Assembly (NCBI GenBank): GCA_050951805.1
Contig: JBMNJT010000002.1
Span: 1,088,001 to 1,152,000 of the forward strand
DNA from: Bacillota bacterium
Lineage (GTDB): Bacteria; Bacillota; DTU025
DNA: 64,000 nucleotides
Reading direction: 5' to 3'
Numbering within the stretch: position 1 is the stretch's first letter; the number at the start of each line of letters is the position of its first letter. This document shows, piece after piece, positions 39,176-49,971 of this stretch. A program made the translations under genes and the position numbers. Below the pieces are notes generated by a model that saw nothing but the letters and a program-made list of their open reading frames with translations, was not told the origin of the DNA and made no database searches.

Positions 39176-40574
39176 TTACACGCTCAAAGATGTGGCCTAT
39201 GCCATGGGGGGGCGCCTGGCTCAGGGAGACCCGGATCAGAGGGTGAGCTCGGTCGTGATTGACAGCAGAGTGGCGGCACCGGATGCGCTTTTCTTTGCCT
39301 TACCAGGCGAGCGAGTCGATGGACATGATTTCCTTGTAGACGCAGCTGCTGGCGGATGCTGTGGCGCAGTGGTGTCGAGGGTGCCCGTGCCTGGGCAGGG
39401 TTTGCCAGCTCAATTTGGGCTGATAGTAGTCGACGATGTTCTTGAAGGCCTTGGAGCCTTTGCAGGGCGTCACAGGATGAGCATTGACCCAACTGTTGTG
39501 GGGGTTACGGGCAGCGCTGGGAAGACGACAACGAAGGATATGACGGCCGCAGTGTTGGCGGCGGGATTCAAGGTGATTGCCACCTCGGGCAATAGGAATA
39601 ACGAAATCGGTCTGCCGCTGACGCTGCTGGAAATGATGCCTGAACACCAGATAGCCGTGGTCGAGATGGCGATGCGCGGCCCTGGGGAGATAGCTGCGCT
39701 ATCGAGGATTGCATGCCCAGATGTGGGCATCATAACCAATATCGGTTACGCGCATGTGGGCCTTTTAGGATCGAAGGAGAACATAGCTGCCGCAAAGGCC
39801 GAGCTGATAGAGGCGCTCCCTCCCGATGGGTTTGCGGTTCTCAACGGCGATGATGCTCTTGTCAGGCGTATGGCAGGGTTGGTTTTAGGCCGCGCCTGGC
39901 TCTATGGCTTGTCTGAGGAATGCTCTGTGAGAGCGGAGAGTATCGAACCGGAGGCCGACTCGATCAGTTTCAGCCTTGTTATTGAAGGACATAGAGTGGA
40001 CGGAGTGCGTTTCTCGATTCCGCTTCCCGGCCGCCATAATGTGTATAATGCCCTGGCAGCCCTCACCGTGGGCTGGCGATTGGGACTCAGTCCCGATGTA
40101 ATGGCAACGGGCCTTGCTTCATTCAGCCCTTCCCCGATGAGAATGGAGTTTGCGTCATCTCCTGCCGGCTATACTGTGATAAACGATGCCTACAATGCCA
40201 ATCCTGCATCGGTAAAGTGCGCAATCGATGCCGCGTTGCAATATGCGAGGGGGCGTAGAGTGATTCTGGCCTTTGGTGACATGCTTGAGCTTGGCGAGAC
40301 CAGTGCGGTTGCCCATGAGGATGTGGGCAGGTATGCGGCGCAGGCAGGCGTTGCCGGAATGGTGAGTGTGGGCGAAATGGCTGCTCTTGCAGCTGGGGCT
40401 GCGGCGCGTTCTTCTGTGGAGGCAGAGGCATGTAGCAGTAACTCGGAGGCGTTGCGAGTTCTCGGAAGAATGGCCCGTCCGGGGGACGTCGTATTGGTCA
40501 AGGGGTCAAGGGGCATGCAGATGGAAGAGATTGTGGGCGGCCTTCTGAAGGCTCCAGACAGTGGTGAGGTATGA
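39168..40574 (+). CDS. murF: UDP-MurNAc-tripeptide:D-Ala-D-Ala ligase
   Basis: GS.GKTTTK, NNEIGLP, NDAYNANP and KGSRG motifs. Confidence 0.95.
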   Translation: MLDYTLKDVAYAMGGRLAQGDPDQRVSSVVIDSRVAAPDALFFALPGERVDGHDFLVDAAAGGCCGAVVSRVPVPGQGLPAQFGLIVVDDVLEGLGAFAGRHRMSIDPTVVGVTGSAGKTTTKDMTAAVLAAGFKVIATSGNRNNEIGLPLTLLEMMPEHQIAVVEMAMRGPGEIAALSRIACPDVGIITNIGYAHVGLLGSKENIAAAKAELIEALPPDGFAVLNGDDALVRRMAGLVLGRAWLYGLSEECSVRAESIEPEADSISFSLVIEGHRVDGVRFSIPLPGRHNVYNALAALTVGWRLGLSPDVMATGLASFSPSPMRMEFASSPAGYTVINDAYNANPASVKCAIDAALQYARGRRVILAFGDMLELGETSAVAHEDVGRYAAQAGVAGMVSVGEMAALAAGAAARSSVEAEACSSNSEALRVLGRMARPGDVVLVKGSRGMQMEEIVGGLLKAPDSGEV

Positions 40575-41539
40575 TGTCGGAAGTTGTGGTTCGCGCATCG
40601 ATAGCGGCAGGGATTGCATTCGCTGTTGCCATGTTGATAGGTCCGATAACCATAAAGAATCTTCGGAAACTAAGAGCGGGTCAAGTTGTTCGGGATGACG
40701 GACCCCAGTCGCACCTGAAAAAGTCGGGCACGCCCAGCATGGGCGGGGTGATTATCATAGTCTCTGTACTTGTGGGTTCAGCAGTGGCTTCGCCCAGTTA
40801 TGCTATGCTGCCATGGGTGCTTTTTGTTACAACGGGCTGTGGGCTTGTGGGTATGCTTGATGATTACATTTCGATCGTCGCTCGTCGTTCTTTGGGCTTG
40901 CGTGCCAGGCAGAAGATCCTGTTTCAGCTGGTGTTCGGGTTGATTTTAGGGGCATGGGCTTATTCGAATCCAGGGATTGGATCTGGCATTATCATCCCGT
41001 TTACTCATGGACACGTGGTTGATCTTGGAATGTGGTATATACCCTTTGTCATGCTAGTTCTGGTTGCCTCGACGAATGCCGTCAACCTGTCGGACGGCCT
41101 CGATGGGCTTGCTGCAGGGACCATGGCAATCGCTTCATTCGCGTATGTCGCTGTATCATCGGCGCTCGGCCACGGAGAAGCAAGTGCCTTCGCAGGCGCT
41201 GTGGGCGGGGCGTGCCTCGGGTTCATCTGGTGGAACGCTTACCCGGCATCTGTTTTCATGGGCGATACCGGATCATTGGCATTAGGCGCTGCGCTCGCTT
41301 CCATGGCGGTGATTACTCGGACGGAGCTCCTCTTGCTCGTGATAGGCGGGATATATGTTGTTGAAGCCATGTCCGATGTCATACAGGTAACCTACTTCAA
41401 GCTCACCGGCGAGCGTGTGTTTCGGATGGCTCCTATCCACCACCATTTCGAGCTGAAGGGAGTGGCGGAACCGAAGATTGTGGTGAGATTCTGGATCGTG
41501 GCTGCGTTTCTTGCGGCTTTAGGATTTGCGGCGCTTTAG
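40571..41539 (+). CDS. mraY: Phospho-MurNAc-pentapeptide transferase
   Basis: K.GTP.MGG, NL.DGLDG, FMGDTGS and P.HHHFE motifs. Confidence 0.97.
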   Translation: MMSEVVVRASIAAGIAFAVAMLIGPITIKNLRKLRAGQVVRDDGPQSHLKKSGTPSMGGVIIIVSVLVGSAVASPSYAMLPWVLFVTTGCGLVGMLDDYISIVARRSLGLRARQKILFQLVFGLILGAWAYSNPGIGSGIIIPFTHGHVVDLGMWYIPFVMLVLVASTNAVNLSDGLDGLAAGTMAIASFAYVAVSSALGHGEASAFAGAVGGACLGFIWWNAYPASVFMGDTGSLALGAALASMAVITRTELLLLVIGGIYVVEAMSDVIQVTYFKLTGERVFRMAPIHHHFELKGVAEPKIVVRFWIVAAFLAALGFAAL

Positions 41540-41559
41540 GCGTACGGGGTGATTTTGGC

Positions 41560-42666
41560 ATGTTAAACGACCGCGGAGGGCTTCCTGATCTTGTCATCTT
41601 CGTCGCAACGCTGGCTTTGCTCAGCATTGGGATTGTGATGGTCTTCAGCGCGAGCTCGGTAACGGCCTATCACGAGCTTGGAGACCCCTATTATTATCTG
41701 AAGCGCCAATCCCTCTGGGCGATAATCGGAATTGCAGCAATGATTATGTGTATGAACATAGATTACCATGTATGGGAGAGGCTTGCAGGCCTTCTTATGG
41801 TTCTTTCACTGGGAGCGCTTGTCCTCGTTCTGGTGCCCGGGGTTGGCATTGTCGTGTCAGGGTCTCGAAGATGGTTGGGAGTCGAGTCCATTCGGGTGCA
41901 GCCTTCCGAATTCGCAAAGCTGTCACTGGTCGTGTTCCTGGCGTCGTATCTTTCGGCTTCCCAGGCTAGAACGAAGAGCTTCTTTCGGGGTTTCTTGCTG
42001 CCGATGATGATTATCGGGGCTTGCTCTGTTCTTGTTCTGAAAGAACCGGACCTTGGCACAGCGATTGGAATCGCGGGAGTGGGATGGTTCATGCTCTTTG
42101 CCGGGGGATCGAACATGGCATCGCTGATCGCCACCGTAGCCGCGGCGATTCCCGCCGTATATCTTTTTGCAAGGCAGGACCCTGTAAGGCTCAGGAGACT
42201 GACTTCGTTTCTTGATCCGTGGGCCGACCCTCTTGATTCCGGATTCCACATAATCCAGTCTCTTCTCGCACTGGGCTCCGGAGGGCTTGTCGGCGTTGGA
42301 CTGGGGCTGTCGAGGCAGAAGTTTCATTACCTTCCCGAGCAACACACCGACTTCATCTTCGCCGTCATCGGAGAAGAATTGGGGTTTTTAGGGGCAGCTT
42401 CCGTTGTTCTCCTTTACATGATATTTGGCCTTCGGGGTTTTCGAACATCGCTCAATGCCCCTGACTCGTTTGGGTCGCTTCTTGCTGCTGGCATTACAAT
42501 AATGGTCACTTTGCAGGCTATGATGAATATCGCCGTGGTTTCCGGAATGATGCCTATTACCGGAATCACGTTGCCGCTGATAAGTTCGGGTGGCTCGTCG
42601 CTCGTGCCGATGTTGGCGGGCATAGGAATACTGCTCAATGTATCGAAGCATGTCAACCAGAGATAG
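41560..42666 (+). CDS. spoVE: SEDS protein SpoVE/FtsW
   Basis: QPSEFAK, LPE.HTDFIF and P.TG.TLP.IS.GGSS motifs. Confidence 0.88.
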   Translation: MLNDRGGLPDLVIFVATLALLSIGIVMVFSASSVTAYHELGDPYYYLKRQSLWAIIGIAAMIMCMNIDYHVWERLAGLLMVLSLGALVLVLVPGVGIVVSGSRRWLGVESIRVQPSEFAKLSLVVFLASYLSASQARTKSFFRGFLLPMMIIGACSVLVLKEPDLGTAIGIAGVGWFMLFAGGSNMASLIATVAAAIPAVYLFARQDPVRLRRLTSFLDPWADPLDSGFHIIQSLLALGSGGLVGVGLGLSRQKFHYLPEQHTDFIFAVIGEELGFLGAASVVLLYMIFGLRGFRTSLNAPDSFGSLLAAGITIMVTLQAMMNIAVVSGMMPITGITLPLISSGGSSLVPMLAGIGILLNVSKHVNQR

Positions 42667-42699
42667 GGTAGGGTTCTCTAGATCGGGGGAGGTAGCTCG

Positions 42700-43860
42700 T
42701 TGAAGAGTGAGAAATCGGCGCAGAAGAGATTCTTGTTGGCGGGAGGCGGCACGGGGGGCCATATATACCCCGCCATCTCCATAGCCAGGGAGTTGCTTTC
42801 GCGATATCCTGATGCCAATATTCTGTTTGTAGGGGGAAAGCGCGGCCTGGAAGGGGATCTCGTTCCCAAGGCGGGTTTCGAGTTCCAGACGATCACCGTT
42901 TCGGGATTCGAAAGAAGGCTCTCACTCGACACTTTCGCTACCGCAGGACGCGCGGTAGCAGGCCTTTTCCAATCCATAGCTATCGTGAGGAAATTCAGGC
43001 CCAGCGTTGCAGTGGGGACAGGGGGATACGTTTCCGGCCCGGTGATGCTTGCGGCGGCGATGCTAGGGGTGCCTGTTGTTATACATGAGCAGAATGTGGT
43101 TCCGGGTGCTACCAACCGCTTGCTTTCACGATGGGCGAAGACAGTGGCCGTGAGCTGGGAAGAGTCGAAACAGTATCTAGCTCGGCCCGAACGTTCAGTC
43201 CTTACCGGGAACCCGATTCGTCCGGAAATAATGTCGGCGCAACGAGAGGAGTCGGCGGCATCGTTTGGGCTGGATCCGAGGCGTCCAATTGTGTTGGCGT
43301 TTGGCGGGAGCCAAGGCGCCAGGAGGGTAAATACAGCTTTTATCCGAGCTCTTCCGTCGCTATCGGGGAAGCACGACGCACAATTCATACTGGCTACAGG
43401 GAGCGATAAATTCGAGGAATCTATGGCGCTTGCGGCTGAATCAGGCATTAGGGCAAGTATTTCCTCTGACGGAATAGGCAGGTCGGATCGTGGGGACATT
43501 ATTATTATGCCATACATTTACAATATGCCCCAGGCCCTTGCCTGCGCCGACCTGGCGATTTGCCGGGCAGGGGCGATCACCCTTGCTGAACTTGCTGCAC
43601 GGGGCGTGGCTGCAGTGCTCGTCCCTCATCCACACGTCCCCGACAATGTGCAGGAGAAAAATGCCCGCGCCATGGAAGCCAGGGGTGCTGCCAGAGTGAT
43701 ACTCGACAGCGAGCTTGAACCGGAGGTTCTGGGACGTGAAATAGACTCGCTCTTGTCGTCAAGGCCTGTACTGGCCAGCATGTCCAGGGCTTCGCGGAAT
43801 CTGGGAAGACCCGATGCTGCTGCGAGGGTGGCAGATTGTGTGGTAAAGGCGGCGCGATAG
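42700..43860 (+). CDS. murG: Lipid II GlcNAc transferase
   Basis: GGGTGGHIYP, HEQN, GNPIR, GGSQGA and Q..NA motifs. Confidence 0.96.
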   Translation: MKSEKSAQKRFLLAGGGTGGHIYPAISIARELLSRYPDANILFVGGKRGLEGDLVPKAGFEFQTITVSGFERRLSLDTFATAGRAVAGLFQSIAIVRKFRPSVAVGTGGYVSGPVMLAAAMLGVPVVIHEQNVVPGATNRLLSRWAKTVAVSWEESKQYLARPERSVLTGNPIRPEIMSAQREESAASFGLDPRRPIVLAFGGSQGARRVNTAFIRALPSLSGKHDAQFILATGSDKFEESMALAAESGIRASISSDGIGRSDRGDIIIMPYIYNMPQALACADLAICRAGAITLAELAARGVAAVLVPHPHVPDNVQEKNARAMEARGAARVILDSELEPEVLGREIDSLLSSRPVLASMSRASRNLGRPDAAARVADCVVKAAR

Positions 43861-44048
43861 ACGGCACATTACGATAAGATCAAACCTTGAATGTGATTTG
43901 TCCGGAGGCATCGTGGTCGACTCATTCAGCATCTGGGCGCGCCGCAGCAAGATGCATTCTATGGGCAGGACATGCTCTCCGAAGGGGCAGAAGGCATACA
44001 ATAGCATCGTCCGCGGGAGCGTGGCGTGTCGGGAAAGGTGCGGGTCAT

Positions 44049-45485
44049 ATGAGTTCAATGCGCGTTCATTTCGTAGGAATAGGCGGCAGTGGCATGAGTC
44101 CGCTTGCCAGAATACTCATTGGCCATGGGGCCGAGGTGAGTGGGTCGGATATACGCTACTCTCCTCATCTCGAGGATCTGGCGGCTCTTGGCGCTGATGT
44201 ATATCAGGGTCATGATCCATCACGGATCGACGGGGTCGACTTGGTTGTAGCGTCGGCTGCAGTGCCTCAGGATGATCCGGAACTTCAAGCTGCGCACGAG
44301 CGTGGAATAAGGGTTGTTTCGAGAGCAGAACTCTTGGGCGAAATCATGAGGCCTCGACGGGGAATAGCCGTAACAGGAACACACGGAAAGACTACGACAA
44401 GCGGGATGATAGCGCATATTCTCAACGAAGCAGGCCTCGATCCCACGGTGGCAGTAGGAGCCGGTCTGCCATGGACTCCGAGCGGAGGCCATGCAGGCGA
44501 GGGGGAGTTCATGGTAGTCGAGGCGGATGAGGCGTATGGATCCTTCCTAAAACTCGATCCGGAAATCGCTGTTGTAACCAACATCGATGATGATCATCGG
44601 GATTACTACGAAACATTTGAAGGAATAATGGAGGGTTTTACCCAATTTCTCCGAAGAATTAAGCCTGGGGGAATTGCGGTTCTGTGCGCTGACGACCACA
44701 ACGTGTTGAGGGCCGCCGAGGGACTTGACCGGCGAATCATCTACTATGGTATCTCTTCCGAGGCCGATTACACTTCGGCCGACTATTCGCAGTTCGGCTT
44801 CGGATCGCGTTTTTCTGTTATGCGCCGCGGAGCATGCCTCGGGCAGATTGAGCTTTCCGTCCCGGGAATGCATAACATGAGTAATGCCGTAGCTGCCGTT
44901 GCCGTCTGCGATCAGCTGGGAATAGATTTTTCGATCATAAGCAGGGGGCTTGCCGGTTACATGGGTGCTGAGCGCAGATGCCAGGTGCTGGCCAAAACGC
45001 CGGAGATGACATTGGTGGACGATTATGCGCACCATCCTGTGGAAATCAGGGCAACTCTGGCCGCTCTGCGGAAGGCAGCCGAGGGACGGCTTGTGGTCGT
45101 ATTTCAACCGCAACGCTACACAAGAACGAAGTATCTTCGCGACGAGTTTGCCCGGTCGTTCAGTCTTGCCGATGTCATAGCCATTACCGATATCTACTAT
45201 GAGGGCACAGGTGAGTCGCCTATACCGGGAGTTTCCGGGAGAGACCTTGCAGAGAGGATTGCGGCGTATGAGGGAAAGCCTGTGACCTATCTTGCCGACA
45301 GGGCTGCTCTGGATGACTTTCTCAGAAATTCGACTGGCCCTGGCGACACAGTTGTTACCATGGGAGCGGGCGACATCTACAGATCGTCACGGCGCTTCGC
45401 CGAGGAGCTGGCTCGTCCTGAGGCTGGCTTTAGGCTATCGCATGATGGGCGGTGGAAACTCGATGACGAGCATGGTCACCGATGA
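44049..45485 (+). CDS. murC: UDP-MurNAc:L-Ala ligase
   Basis: GIGGSGMS, GTHGKTTT, EADE and DDYAHHP motifs. Confidence 0.95.
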   Translation: MSSMRVHFVGIGGSGMSPLARILIGHGAEVSGSDIRYSPHLEDLAALGADVYQGHDPSRIDGVDLVVASAAVPQDDPELQAAHERGIRVVSRAELLGEIMRPRRGIAVTGTHGKTTTSGMIAHILNEAGLDPTVAVGAGLPWTPSGGHAGEGEFMVVEADEAYGSFLKLDPEIAVVTNIDDDHRDYYETFEGIMEGFTQFLRRIKPGGIAVLCADDHNVLRAAEGLDRRIIYYGISSEADYTSADYSQFGFGSRFSVMRRGACLGQIELSVPGMHNMSNAVAAVAVCDQLGIDFSIISRGLAGYMGAERRCQVLAKTPEMTLVDDYAHHPVEIRATLAALRKAAEGRLVVVFQPQRYTRTKYLRDEFARSFSLADVIAITDIYYEGTGESPIPGVSGRDLAERIAAYEGKPVTYLADRAALDDFLRNSTGPGDTVVTMGAGDIYRSSRRFAEELARPEAGFRLSHDGRWKLDDEHGHR

Positions 45486-46380
45486 ACAAGCAAGGCAGCT
45501 TGCCAAGTCGTTCAACGGGAGAATTGCGCTGAACGAGCCAATGAAGAAATATACGTCGTTTCAGATCGGTGGCCCAGCCGATATGCTTGTGCAGCCTCGC
45601 GATCTGCAGAGCCTGTCTGCGGTATTGCGATGGGCCTGGAACGAGGGATTGCCCCTTTTTGTTCTGGGCAATGGTACGAACCTTCTAGTTGCGGACGAAG
45701 GAATTCGGGGCGTAGTAGTGAGGATAGGTCCGGGCCTCGACAGCGTCAGTTTTGACGGCGAACGGGTTCGCGCAATGGCAGGCGTCAGCATGCCGGCTTT
45801 GGCCCGTGCCTGCGCCGAGCGGGGCCTTGCCGGGCTGGAATGGGCAGTGGGAATACCGGGTTCACTCGGCGGGGCAATGGCAATGAATGCTGGCGCGTAC
45901 AGTCACACTGTGGGAGACTTTACTCGCGAAGTGACCACCATGTTGCTTGATGGGTCAATTTCAGTGAAGTCATGCGAGGAGATGCAGTTTGCCCAGAGGT
46001 CGAGTCGGCTTTCCCACGGAGATCTCATCGCCTGCGAGGCCGTGCTCGTGTTGGAACCGGGCGATCCGGAAAGCATACGTTGCCAGATGAGCGAATACAT
46101 GGAGGATCGCAGAATAAAGCAGCCTCTGCACCTTCCGAGCGCCGGGTGTGTATTCCAGAATCCTTCGGGGAGAGGGGCCGGTCGGTACATCGATGGAGCG
46201 GGTCTCAAAGGGCTTCGCGTAGGCGGGGCAGAGATATCCCGAGTTCACGCAAACTTCATAGTGAACGTGGGCGATGCGACTGCGCGGGACGTGTTGATAC
46301 TGATGAATGTGGCGAGGCGGACCGTTTATGAGAAATTCGGAGTCGAACTTGTTCCTGAGATCAGAGTAGTCGGTGGTTAG
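45463..46380 (+). CDS. murB: UDP-N-acetylenolpyruvoylglucosamine reductase
   Basis: T...IGG.A, G.GTNLL, GIPG..GG...MNAGA and HANFIVN motifs. Confidence 0.95.
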   Translation: MTSMVTDEQARQLAKSFNGRIALNEPMKKYTSFQIGGPADMLVQPRDLQSLSAVLRWAWNEGLPLFVLGNGTNLLVADEGIRGVVVRIGPGLDSVSFDGERVRAMAGVSMPALARACAERGLAGLEWAVGIPGSLGGAMAMNAGAYSHTVGDFTREVTTMLLDGSISVKSCEEMQFAQRSSRLSHGDLIACEAVLVLEPGDPESIRCQMSEYMEDRRIKQPLHLPSAGCVFQNPSGRGAGRYIDGAGLKGLRVGGAEISRVHANFIVNVGDATARDVLILMNVARRTVYEKFGVELVPEIRVVGG

Positions 46381-46421
46381 GCCTGGTGTCGTTATAGATT
46401 AAGACGCGCGAGGTGGCTGAG

Positions 46422-47705
46422 ATGGAGACTTTGAGGATAGTCGGCGGGCGTGAACTGAGAGGCAGCATAGCGACGCCGGGCGCAAAGAACTCCTGCCTGA
46501 AACTGCTTGCCATGTCCATAATGGCGTCTGAGAAATGCGTGATTTCTAACGTGCCTCGGGTTACTGATGTAGAGACAATGTGTCAGCTCCTCGAGGCTTT
46601 GGGCGCTAGAGTCTCCTTTACAGGCCGCACAGAGGTAACAGTCGATCCGACGACAATCGCGTCGGCGGCCCCCCCGGATCCGTTGGTGAGGAAGATGCGC
46701 GCATCCGTACAGGTGTTGGGTCCCCTTCTTGCCAGGTTCGGAGAGGTGAAGATGCCATACCCGGGCGGTTGTGCCATCGGCTCCCGACCAATAGATCTGC
46801 ACCTTCGCGGCCTTTCTGCCATGGGCGCCCAGGTTTCGGAGGAGCATGGGTACATAATGGTCAGAGCGTCCCGACTTGTGGGGACTGATATACATCTCGA
46901 TTTTCCCAGCGTGGGCGCGACTGAGAATCTAATGGCGGCAGCGTGTCTGGCGTCTGGAACAACGATAATCAGGAATGCGGCGCGGGAGCCGGAGATCGTA
47001 GACGAGCAGAACTTCCTGACTCGGCTAGGGGCGGATATCAGGGGAGCGGGAACTGACACTATAAAGATTGTGGGCGTATCAGAACTGGGTTCAACCAATT
47101 ATTCCGTAATGCCCGACAGGATACAGGCCGGAACATACATGATTGCCGCGGCGGCCACGCGGGGTGATGTGACTATCACAGGCGTGGTTCCCGAACACCT
47201 GGACGCGCTGGCCGCCAAATTGGCGGAAACCGGCGTAGCCGTGATATATACCGAAGACTGCGTTCGGGTTGCTATGGGCGACAGGCCAGGGCCTATTGCC
47301 GTCAAGAGCATGCCATATCCTGGATTTCCCACAGACCTTCAGGCTCCGATCGCGGCGTATCTAACTGTGTCAAGAGGCACATCTACTATAACTGAGAACA
47401 TATTCAGCAATAGATTCAGATATGTGGACGAACTTGCGAGGATGGGAGCGCATATAGGCGTAGACGGTCGAACGGCGATAATCCGAGGAGTAAACGAACT
47501 CACCGGAGCGCGGGTTGTGGCCCCAGATTTGCGGGCTGGAGCTGCGCTGATCATAGCCGGATTGATGGCCAGGGGAAAGACGACATTGGATGGCATGGAA
47601 CATGTATGTCGAGGCTATGATGATATCCAAGGGAAGCTTGCGGCTTGCGGCGCTGAAGTGGAGATAGTAACGGATTCTGCCAGTGCGGCTGTGGCCGAGC
47701 AATGA
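46422..47705 (+). CDS. murA: UDP-GlcNAc 1-carboxyvinyltransferase
   Basis: GAKN, PGGC.IG.RP.D.H, PGFPTD.Q and DLRAGA motifs. Confidence 0.96.
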   Translation: METLRIVGGRELRGSIATPGAKNSCLKLLAMSIMASEKCVISNVPRVTDVETMCQLLEALGARVSFTGRTEVTVDPTTIASAAPPDPLVRKMRASVQVLGPLLARFGEVKMPYPGGCAIGSRPIDLHLRGLSAMGAQVSEEHGYIMVRASRLVGTDIHLDFPSVGATENLMAAACLASGTTIIRNAAREPEIVDEQNFLTRLGADIRGAGTDTIKIVGVSELGSTNYSVMPDRIQAGTYMIAAAATRGDVTITGVVPEHLDALAAKLAETGVAVIYTEDCVRVAMGDRPGPIAVKSMPYPGFPTDLQAPIAAYLTVSRGTSTITENIFSNRFRYVDELARMGAHIGVDGRTAIIRGVNELTGARVVAPDLRAGAALIIAGLMARGKTTLDGMEHVCRGYDDIQGKLAACGAEVEIVTDSASAAVAEQ

Positions 47706-47786
47706 ATTTTCTTTGGGTGATTCTTTGCGCTGGTGACATCGTGTTATAATGGGGTCAGGCTGGTTGCTGCCAGGGGGGTGGAAGCG

Positions 47787-48557
47787 TTGCCTGACTCTTC
47801 TGATATGTCTGATATGCCTGGCTTGGAGGAGGAGCCGCACGCCGAGTCCCGGCCGGCCATATCATTTCCCGCAGTTGTGCTGCTGTTTCTGGTTCTGGCA
47901 ACCGTAGCTTTTCTAAACTCCCCGTATTTTCTGGTGAGGGCAGTTAGAGTGTCGGGCTCAAACTATCTGTCGGATTACGAGATCCTTCTCATTGCAGGTG
48001 TTCCAGAGAATACCAACATGTTTTTGGTGCCGACAGGTGAGATCGAAAGAAAACTTTTGGCCACGCCTAGGATACGTACGGCAAAAGTGTACAGGATCCT
48101 TCCTGATACTATCAGCATTGCCATAGAGGAACGCAGCACTGCCGGGTATCTCCCATACGGAGGTTATTTTATAGACGTCGATGAAGAAGGGTATGCAATC
48201 GGCATATCTGAGGCGATCACCGATCCTGATGTGCCTCTCATCGTTGGAGTTACTCCGACTTGGGTTGAGGTAGGGCAGCCGGTGAACCCCAAATACGAGG
48301 TGTCTGTGGGTGCCAGAGTAGGCGCCGCCTTGCTCAAACAGGGGATTCCCAACATATCCGAGGTAGACGTCTCTTTGTGTGAAGACATAATAATCAGAAC
48401 ATCAGACGGAATCAAGGTATTCATTGGCGGCGCCCGGGACATGGAATCACAGGTGCGGGTTCTCGATTCGATCTTGGCTTCAGTTAGAGAACAGGAAATG
48501 TCGGCAGATTACATAGATTTGCGAGTTGAAGCGAAACCGGTGATCCGATCGAGATAA
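47787..48557 (+). CDS. ftsQ: Cell division protein FtsQ/DivIB
   Basis: TM, POTRA (V.G...LS..EI) and YIDLR motifs; start uncertain. Confidence 0.85.
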   Translation: MPDSSDMSDMPGLEEEPHAESRPAISFPAVVLLFLVLATVAFLNSPYFLVRAVRVSGSNYLSDYEILLIAGVPENTNMFLVPTGEIERKLLATPRIRTAKVYRILPDTISIAIEERSTAGYLPYGGYFIDVDEEGYAIGISEAITDPDVPLIVGVTPTWVEVGQPVNPKYEVSVGARVGAALLKQGIPNISEVDVSLCEDIIIRTSDGIKVFIGGARDMESQVRVLDSILASVREQEMSADYIDLRVEAKPVIRSR

Positions 48558-48729
48558 GCGATCGGAGTATGCGTTTGGGACTGGCGTCTTCTTTGCTAAC
48601 GTCAGGAGATCGACTGAGGGGGGTTGTGGCTCTTCCAAATCTCCCGCTATGATAGAGGGTAAGTGGGTACGATTCTAGAATCATGCACCAAAGCGAGAGG
48701 GTCAGGTGGAGTCGGCGGGGGGAACTGTA

Positions 48730-49947
48730 TTGGGCAAAAACGATATCAAAGTAGGGCTTGACATTGGCTCGAACCAGATACACGTGGTCGTCTGTGAAAG
48801 AGATGAAGACTACAACTTGAACATTATCGGAGTAGGCAGTGGTCCGTCTGCAGGACTGCGCCGCGGAGTCATAGTTGACATGGATTCGGCGGCTGCCGCC
48901 ATTGCTGATGCCGTGGCACATGCTGAAGAAATGTCAGGGTGCGCGGCTGTTTCAGTGCTGGCGAGCGCATCAGGCACGCATGTCTCTTCTATTGCGAGCA
49001 GAGGAGTAGTAGCTATCGGTAGGTCTGATCGGGAGGTAACCCAGGAGGATGTCGATAGCGTGTTGGAGGCTGCCCGTGTCGTTGCGATTCCGCCAGACAG
49101 AGAAGTGGTGCACGTCCTGCCAAGGGAATTCGTGATAGACGGATGCTCGGGAATACGCAAGCCTGTGGGGATGACGGGAATAAGGTTGGAGGTCGACGCC
49201 AGCATTATCACTGGGTCGGCTACTGCGATACAGAACATTCACAGGAGCGCGAGGCGGATTGGACTGGAAGTTGAACATGTCATACTTCAACCGATAGCCG
49301 CTGCCGAGGCGGTTCTGACGCTGTCTGAGAAGGAACAGGGCGCCCTGGTGATCGATATGGGAGGGGCGACCACCGATATCGCAGTCTGCATTGAGGGTGG
49401 CGTGCATCATGTTGCATCTATTCCTGTGGGGGGTAACCACGTCACTAACGACATTGCGTTGGTTATGAGATTGCCCGTGGGCTATTCAGAGGGATTGAAG
49501 CTGAACTACGGGTCGGCCCTTCCCGATATGGTTGGCGAAAACGAATCATGCGGAGCGGACACGAACATATCCAGGAAGAAGCTTTGTCAGATTATTGAGG
49601 CGAGAATTACCGAAACTATGGAGCTTGTCGGAGATGAACTGGATCGCGCGAGATACAGGGATCTGCTGCCAGCGGGTGTAGTCGTGACAGGCGGCGCTTC
49701 TGTGATGCAGGGTGTTGTCGAGGTTGCCCAGGAGGTTCTGGGGCTTCCTGCGCGCCTCGGAGTTCCTGTAGGGGTATATGGAGCTGAGGAAGCGTTGGAC
49801 AACCCTCAATACGCTACTGCGGTGGGGTTAGTCAAATCTGTTTGGAGTGAATCTGCGGTGATTCCCTCTGCAGACGGCCGGCGGCCAAAGTCTGGAGGTT
49901 TCGCTAGCGAAGTGCGACAATGGTTTCGAGATATATTTTCCTCGTGA
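48730..49947 (+). CDS. ftsA: Cell division protein FtsA
   Basis: GLDIGS, DMGGATT, GGNHVT.DI and VTGG motifs. Confidence 0.95.
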   Translation: MGKNDIKVGLDIGSNQIHVVVCERDEDYNLNIIGVGSGPSAGLRRGVIVDMDSAAAAIADAVAHAEEMSGCAAVSVLASASGTHVSSIASRGVVAIGRSDREVTQEDVDSVLEAARVVAIPPDREVVHVLPREFVIDGCSGIRKPVGMTGIRLEVDASIITGSATAIQNIHRSARRIGLEVEHVILQPIAAAEAVLTLSEKEQGALVIDMGGATTDIAVCIEGGVHHVASIPVGGNHVTNDIALVMRLPVGYSEGLKLNYGSALPDMVGENESCGADTNISRKKLCQIIEARITETMELVGDELDRARYRDLLPAGVVVTGGASVMQGVVEVAQEVLGLPARLGVPVGVYGAEEALDNPQYATAVGLVKSVWSESAVIPSADGRRPKSGGFASEVRQWFRDIFSS

Positions 49948-49971
49948 GGCGAGCGGCAAGGGGGATGCGAG

